The translations under genes were made by a program, and so were the position numbers. From Octopus vulgaris (lineage: Eukaryota), in assembly GCA_951406725.2 (NCBI GenBank), contig OX597819.1, positions 55,924,001-55,988,000 on the forward strand: a stretch of 64,000 bases of DNA, written 5' to 3'. Within the stretch, counting starts at the first letter, position 1. Each line of letters begins with the position of its first letter. Below, piece after piece: positions 56,911 to 64,000 of the stretch. The notes under the pieces were generated by a model that saw nothing but the letters and a program-made list of their open reading frames with translations, had not been told where the DNA came from and did not search any database.

Positions 56911-57325
56911 AGGCGCAGGAGTGGCTGTGTGGTAGGTAGCTTGCTTACCAACCACATGGTTCCGGGTTCATTCCCACTGCGTGGCACCTTGGGCAAGTGT
57001 CTTCTACTATAGCCTCGGGCCGACCAAAGCCTTGTGAGTGGATTTGGTAGACGGAAACTGAAAGAAGCCCGTCGTATATATGAATATATATATGTATGTG
57101 TGTATATGTTTGTGTGTTTGTGTTTGTCCTCCCCCGCCAACATCACTTGACAACCGATGCTAGTGTGTTTACGTCCCCGTAACTTAGCGGTTCGGCAAAA
57201 GAGACCGATAGAATAAGTAAGAGGCTTACAAAGAATAAGTCCCGGAGATCGATTTGTTTGACTAAAGGCGGTGCTCCAGCATGGCCACAGTCAAATGACT
57301 GAAAATAAGTAAAAGAGTAAAAGAA
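56911..57325 (+). mobile_element. tRNA-derived SINE family A (internal microsatellite slot). Other copies at about 914-1290(+), 3376-3688(-), 16290-16670(+), 17320-17700(-), 25256-25649(-), 28590-29085(+), 31968-32393(-), 39221-39708(-), 41690-42180(+), 44364-44758(+), 47345-47762(+), 58690-58830(+), 60036-60330(+), 61060-61510(+)
   Basis: Head GGCGCAGGAGTGGCTGTGTGG (A box)..GGTTCAGTCCC (B box); body ..GAAAGAAGCCCGTCG-(TA)n(TG)n..; tail ..CAAATGACTGAAACAAGTAAAAGAGTAAAAG. Confidence 0.88.
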
Positions 57326-57809
57326 GAAATAAGTCAATGATGAATATTATTTTCATTTTCCCGACAAGTTTAGTCGTCAAACGTGTTTCGGTATTATTCT
57401 GATCTCGTCCGTAAGAGATAACATTCACTGTTACAGATAAACCGCAAAGAAAAACAGACAAGATTGCGTATTTATTGGTATAGGTATATATTTATTGGTA
57501 TAGAAATGTTTAGAGATTAAATAAGCCAAATTTCCCATTCGTAAGAGAAACGATATAAAAGTCTGTGTTAACGTATTACACACACGATATTTGTCCGTTA
57601 CTAGTTCGGCATAGATATCAGTAAAGGTTAAATTACGATGAGGAAGAGGTAGAAATTAGACGGAGACTTTCCGGAAAAATTCAGACAATATCATAGTGGG
57701 TGTGCAAAAGCAGTATTGCGAATATACAAACATTGAGATCAGTTCAAACGTTTGAGACATATTTTGACATGTGCAAAGGCTGTGTTTCATTGTGTTTCAG
57801 TTATTTCAA

Positions 57810-57824
57810 AGCGCCCTCTAGCGG
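57810..57824 (-). promoter_or_regulatory. CTCF-like motif
   Basis: Minus strand CCGCTAGAGGGCGCT resembles the CTCF core consensus and lies in non-repetitive sequence. Confidence 0.35.
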
Positions 57825-58835
57825 AATCGGTGAATGCCGATTTTGTAGCTTCTTGTTTAACGTGAGCCCCGTGTACCGCAAGAGAGATAACCCTGAAATA
57901 TCTATCATTGAATAATAACAATTCGCCCTCTCCTCCGTAGCTAACTTTTAATGCTTCTTGTATTTTACCTTTTATATGAATTATTTACTTTATAATCTCT
58001 CATATTCCTATTGAGATGCTTGCTTGCCTCTTATGTTATTTTTGTCTTACTGATTATAAGGCCCCTTAAGGAATTGAGTAGTATAATCAGTACGCTACTT
58101 TAAGAGCTACAATATCTCTGGAGAGTTTTTAAATTTCTAAGTAATCATTTCAATAGAAGAATCTTCGTTTCTGCTTCTTTTTTTTCCGCCATTTCCTAGC
58201 ACTTCGTTTTCTTATAATAATATACCAACTGCAGCGGAGTATTCTTGTTTAGCTAATGCAGTTATGGGATTAAGCTTCATTTTCAGCGAGACTTTGAACG
58301 ATACACTGCATTTTTCTACTGCTCATTATAGGAGATTATTATTGAGGTTCATGATATGTTTCTTATGTCAGAGTGCTTTCCTTCACTAAGTTTACTTTAG
58401 CTTTATTTAATCTTATCTCAGTTCTAAAAAAACACAAAACAAAACAAAACAAAAATACAAAAAAAAAAAACCCCAACCAAACAAACAAAAAAAAACCCCA
58501 AACCAAAACGAAACAATCAGTTATTTGTTGCTTGTATCCAAGAAACCCATTTTTAAAATTGTCTAATTCAATACTCCCCGACACCGCCATTTCACAGCAT
58601 CTTTCCTTGGTTGGTTTAATCAAATTCAGCAGATCAACATTTTTAGATACCATTTAATTTCATTTGCCTCTTGGAAAATTTTCATTCGCAGTGTGGTAAG
58701 AAGTTTGCTTCCTAACTATGTGGTTCCAGGTTCAATACCCATAGCACGCGGCTGCTATACCGTAGGCCCAAGCCGACCAAAATCTTTTGAGTGGATTTGG
58801 TAGATGGAATCTGAGAAAGGCTCGTTGTATATGTG

Positions 58836-59145
<310 letters not shown>

Positions 59146-59152
59146 TATATAT

Positions 59153-59192
<40 letters not shown>

Positions 59193-59345
59193 TCTCTCCT
59201 TGTTTTTTCTGTGTACCTTTCTGTAGAAGAGCGTAGGCTCGAAACGTAAAAGACTTTTCTATTCCTGAGCGCTATACTAATACATCTGTTTTTTTTTTGT
59301 ACACCACCTGTCTTCGTCTTTTGTTTTTTTTTCGTAAACTTTCCC

Positions 59346-59406
<61 letters not shown>

Positions 59407-59692
59407 GGATAGACTGAGCATGTGTACCTGCCGGAAATAACAGTCTAAACTCTTATTAAAACTGCCGAAAAAAATTACTGACAATAACCACAGATATCAA
59501 CCGTCTGCGAGCATACATTCATTGCTCAACCTGCTGACCAGCGTTCCTTAATCGTTTCTGTCGGCGTTAATATTGGATTCAAACTCTGGTTTTGATTAAA
59601 GAGTTTGTAACTCAGCTGGTGTGTAAACAGTTCATTCCAAACTTAAGTCATAACAACCAGGTGACAAACACCAGGTGTGTATTACCCCAGAT

Positions 59693-60026
59693 CAGTTTTT
59701 TCTCAACCTTTTTACCCTTGCGTAACCCTTACAATAAATTACATGTCTTAAGGAACCTCTATACAAAAAGTAATATACCATAACTTTCTCATATTTTCAG
59801 CGTAGTTCACGGGGTAAATATATTCGTTATATTTTTTTGATAACAGAATAGGTTAAATCGGATGATGTTTATATTACAATATTACAATAGCCAATAATGT
59901 ATTGTGCTTGTATAGTAATATTATGATCATGAAATTAGCATTAGCTTATCTCACTCTTTTTTGCGGAACCCCTAGGAACCTTTTGCGGAACCCTAGGGTT
60001 CTGAGGAACCCCGATTGAGAAACGCT
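59693..60026. mobile_element. hAT-like MITE
   Basis: Termini CAGTTTTTTCTCAAC / ATTGAGAAACGCTG; subterminal GGAACCC repeats; flanks CCCCAGAT / ACCCAGAT (7 of 8 TSD match). Confidence 0.75.
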
Positions 60027-61224
60027 GACCCAGATCACTATAGCCTCGGGCGACCAAAGCCTTGTGAATGGATTTGGTAAACGGAAGCCCGTCATATATA
60101 TATATATTTATATGTGTGTGTGTGTGTGCGTGTGCGTGTCTGTGTTTGTTCTCCTACCATCGCTTGACAACCGATGTTGGTGTGTTTACGTCCCCGTAAC
60201 TTAGCAATTCGGTAAAAGAGACCGATAGAATAAGTACTAGGCTTATAAAGAATGAATAAGTCCTGGGGTCAATTTGTTCGACTAAAAACGGTGCTCCAGC
60301 ATGGCTGCAGTCAAATGACTGAAACAATTAAAAACAAAAAAACAATAAAAAATATATATGCATATATGTTATTTATACACACCCATACATATATATATAT
60401 GTATGGGTGTGTATAATTATATATGCATATATGTTAATATAAATATTTTTTAATATATATATATTAAAATATATATACATATATGTTAATTATACACACC
60501 CATACATACACACACATATGCATTTGTGTGTATTATATAAATATACATATATATGTGTATGTGTGTATGTGTGTGTATGTATATAAATATGTATATATGC
60601 TATTAATGCTTGTAAATACCACGGGCGGTAGGTTGGCAGAATAGTTCCTTTGTGCATCGGCCATATTTTCTTGTGGTATTTGTTCCGGGAGGTCAGCTTT
60701 ACATTTCACCCTTCCACGATCGATAAAATACCGCATCAGGGAAGTAAAGGGGTCAAGCTAATCGAGTAAGGTTCCCCCCCCCCCCACTTCCCTCCAAATT
60801 TCAAGCATTGCCCCTTTTTGCTAAAAAAAATGTCACAGGCAGCGGATTGGTTGTATCGTTAAAGCATCAGAAATTTTCTCTTCAGGTATTCGTTGTAATT
60901 TTCTACATGTTCTGAGTTCACATCCCGTGGACGTCAACTTTGCCTGTCATGCTTTCAGAACTGATAAAAAAAGAGTTCTGGTCAAGTACTAGGGTCGATG
61001 TAATAAATTGTTTTCCTTTATAAAATTGGTGGTCTTTCCCATAAATTAGAAATTATCAAAGGCGTAGGAATGGCTCTGTGGTAAGTAGCTTGCTCACCAA
61101 CCACATATGGTTCCCGGTTCAGTCCCACTACGTGGCACCTTGGGCAAGTGTCTTCTGCTATAGCCTCGGGCCGACCAAAGCCTTGTGAGTGGATTTGGTA
61201 GACGGAAACTGAAAGAAGCCAGTC

Positions 61225-61279
<55 letters not shown>

Positions 61280-61565
61280 CGTATGTGTGTGTGTGTATAT
61301 TTGTGTGTCTGTGTCCTCCCCACCAACATCGCTTGACAACTGATGCTGGTGTGTTTACGTCCCCGTAACTTAGCGGTTCGACAAGAGAGACCGATAGAAT
61401 AAGTACTAGGCTTACAACGAATAAGTCCTGGGGTCGATTTGCTCGACTAAAGGCGGTGCTCCAGCATGGCCGCAGTCAACTGACTGAAACATGTAAAAGA
61501 GTAAAAGAGTTAGAACTTAATCTCAAACAATGACATCCAAGTAAAACATGGTATACATGTTAACG

Positions 61566-61942
61566 TGGAGGCGCAATGGCCCAGTGATTAGGACAGCGGA
61601 CTCGCGGTCGTGGGATCGCGATTTCGATTTCCAAACCGGACGTTGTGAGTGTTTATTGAGCGAAAACATCTAAAGCTCCACGAGGCTCCGGTAGGGTGTG
61701 GTGTCGAACCCTGCTGTACTCTTTCACTACAACTTTCTCTCACTCTTTCTTCCTGTTTCTGTTGTACCTGTATTTCAAAGGGCCAGCCTTGTCCCACTCT
61801 GTCACGCTGAATCTCCCCAAGAACTACGTTAAGGGTACACGTATCTGTGGAGTGCTCAGCCACATGCACGTTAATTTCACGAGTAGGCTGTTCCGTTGTT
61901 CGGATCAACTGGAACCCTCAACGTCGTAACCGACGGAGTGCC
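61566..61942 (+). mobile_element. tRNA-derived SINE family C; other copies at 21535-21917(-), 20654-20807(+, truncated), 31033-31310(+, chimeric)
   Basis: GGAGGCGCAATGGCCCAGTG..TTCGATT tRNA-like head; ends ..CGTAACCGACGGAGTGC; TSD-like ACATGTTAAC at 61555-61564 and 61943-61952. Confidence 0.85.
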
Positions 61943-63213
61943 ACATGTTAACACGCATGCAGCCGCAAAGATAATTGATAAATGTATATCTGTCGTCTAT
62001 GCTAGGATGATAAATGTACTAATTTCAAACGTATTTATTAAAGGGTGACCATCCCCAGAGACAGAGTGAGAAAAAAAATTAATAAAAACGAAATTAGTTT
62101 GAACTTACAATAGAAAGAACGCAATGTTGGCTCACAGACAGAATAGTTTCCACAGTGCTTACTACGTATTTGTAGTCGATTATTATTGTCCATCCAAGTA
62201 GATAATCGTGTTGTGGACTCTTTTAATGTGGAACGATTGGTGCATAAAATCACATGCAGCTCTTTATTGGAAATAAATTAGTTTCGAATTGATTGATATG
62301 TCAGTTGACGATTCCCGTAGGTTAAATTTTTATTATTTTTAACCAGTTAATCGAAAATAAACAGAAACTAATCTAGATTGAATTCTAGTGCAAAACTGTT
62401 AACTCCCTAACGACTCAGTTTATAATCTAATCTGATACTGTATTCAACGAAATACCTTCCTGCGCTTGTTATATCAGGTCAGGTCAAACGACCGCCTTCA
62501 TCTTTGACCTAAATTAGTGAAAACAATTCGGCTTTGTCTTCGATTTACTATCGTAATTTACTCAGGTATTTGCTTCGATCTACTTTAGTACATACACACA
62601 GCTTATTAAGAATTTCATGATTTTAATTTAAACTAATCATCCCAAAATGGTTACTTAGTTCCAGGCCTGCCCTAATCAAGTTTCATTTTAAATATAGGCA
62701 TTCAGGCCTTGATGTTCTTGTCTTTGCTTAAACCTATTTTTGTTAAAATACTCTGCCTTGACTTCAACTAATTTAGAAAATCATGGAAAATCTAATAAAA
62801 TTTCCGTTATTAAGCTGTTGTTTTAAACAAATCAGAATGAAATTTTGAGGGAAGGTTTGAATTTAGATAATTTTAAAACAGAAAATTTGTATTATAGATA
62901 CAGGGTAGTTCCATGTGGATTTGAATAGTAAGAGTTAACGAGTAATGTACCCAAGATTACATTATCTTAGAAACACAAAGCTCCTGTATTTAAGATTGTA
63001 GGATGCGTACTTCGTACTTTGGGTCTTATCACTTGATGTTCACAACTGTTTGGATTTTAATTCTTATTGTTTTTGATTGCATTTTCCTAACTCAGCATTT
63101 TACTTGCTCTGTAATTACTTCATTCTATATGTTCATTTGATCTAATTAGCATTGCATTTATTAATTTCTTTGTGTACCTTATTGTATATATATATTTCTC
63201 TTTATTTTTTTAG

Positions 63214-64000
63214 ATTTGCTGCCTGCTACTTCCTCTGTCCACTACACCAATTTAAAGCGAATGATCCACCAGTCAGTGTTTCAATTGTCTTAAAGAAGAA
63301 ATGCCAGCAACCTAGAAATCACATTTTGGTTACACCAAATTCTGTAGTTAGAAAAACAGGCAAGAAAAACTTTACTGTTTGCCTCAGTCCTTTGCACTCC
63401 AACTATGACCGTATGGACGAATTGGTCGAATGGATGGAAGTCAACAAGTTATTTGGTGCCGATTATTTCATCTTCTACAACTACAGTATCAGTCGCAATG
63501 TAACTGCAATTATAAAGAAATACGCAGAAGAAGGTTTGTCAGAGACAGTTGAATGGAAAATACCATTTAAAAGTGAAGGTGGATCAGAGATTCATTATTT
63601 TGGTCAGCTCGCTGCTATAAATGACTGTCTTTATAGAAATATGTACAGGACTAAATTTATCGTGTTTATTGATGCAGATGAATTCATAATTCCGAGAAAG
63701 CATCGGAATTGGATGACTTTCATTGATAGTTTGAAACACGCCACAAATATAGGCGCATATATTTTCAGGTGTACTTTTTTTCGTAAAGAATGGGAAGATG
63801 CGAAAGAAAATTTCACCGGGAAAGACCTAGCTGAAAAATATAACATAGTGTCTTTGTTGAAACTAGATCGAGAGCCGAAAATACATCCTGCGTATATTCG
63901 TTCAAAAACTATTGTTAATCCTTTGAAAGTCGAAACAGTGGGAATTCATAATATTTGGACTTTTCGGACTGGGTATGTTGCTTCCGAAGTCGGAATTTCA
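63214..64000 (+). CDS. Exon of a glycosyltransferase family 92 (DUF23) protein, beta-1,4-galactosyltransferase galt-1-like; continues past the window end
   Basis: Polypyrimidine tract + TAG acceptor (63211-63213), then an open frame from 63215 to 64000: FAACYFLCP...FTVCLSPLH...LVEWMEVNKLFGADYFIFY...EIHYFGQLAAINDCLYRNMYRTKFIVFIDADEFIIP...RSKTIVNP...VGIHNIW. GQxxAxNDC, DxDE, RSKxIV and xGIH are GT92 hallmarks. Absent from the ORF track because there is no stop codon in the window. Confidence 0.92.

Noticed and set aside
57365-57415. Minus-strand CGGACGA..GAAACACGTTT motif
   Set aside because: Stems I and II do not pair; too degenerate to count.
60350-60520. Small palindrome and triplication of TTATACACACCCATACATA
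   Set aside because: Explained by local template switching in (TA)n; no ribozyme or TIR features.

Overview
AT-rich, repeat-dominated eukaryotic DNA. The tRNA-derived SINE families and very dense microsatellites suggest an octopus genome (inference). Nearly all entries in the ORF track are microsatellite or SINE translation artefacts. The only convincing host coding sequence is a large exon of a GT92/DUF23 (galt-1-like) glycosyltransferase at 63214-64000, open at the window end. Decayed mobile elements include a Penelope-like element (RT + GIY-YIG, 34.2-36.4 kb), an L1/Tx1-like RT fragment, pogo and Tc1/mariner remnants, Merlin-like, hAT-like and piggyBac-like MITEs, Helitron-like ends and four SINE families. 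Two less obvious systems stand out. (1) About 20 hammerhead-ribozyme-like motifs, read by eye, from at least 7 short repeat types. Many sit in large palindromes or (TA)n tracts, and their cores show C3-G8, U3-A8, U3.G8 and G3-C8 pairings plus an A6U family. (2) A SINE that builds 185-bp concatemers through one fixed junction in the loop of its tRNA-like head and shares its 3' tail with a LINE-like 3' end in the window. All folds and alignments were done manually, and none is computationally or experimentally confirmed.
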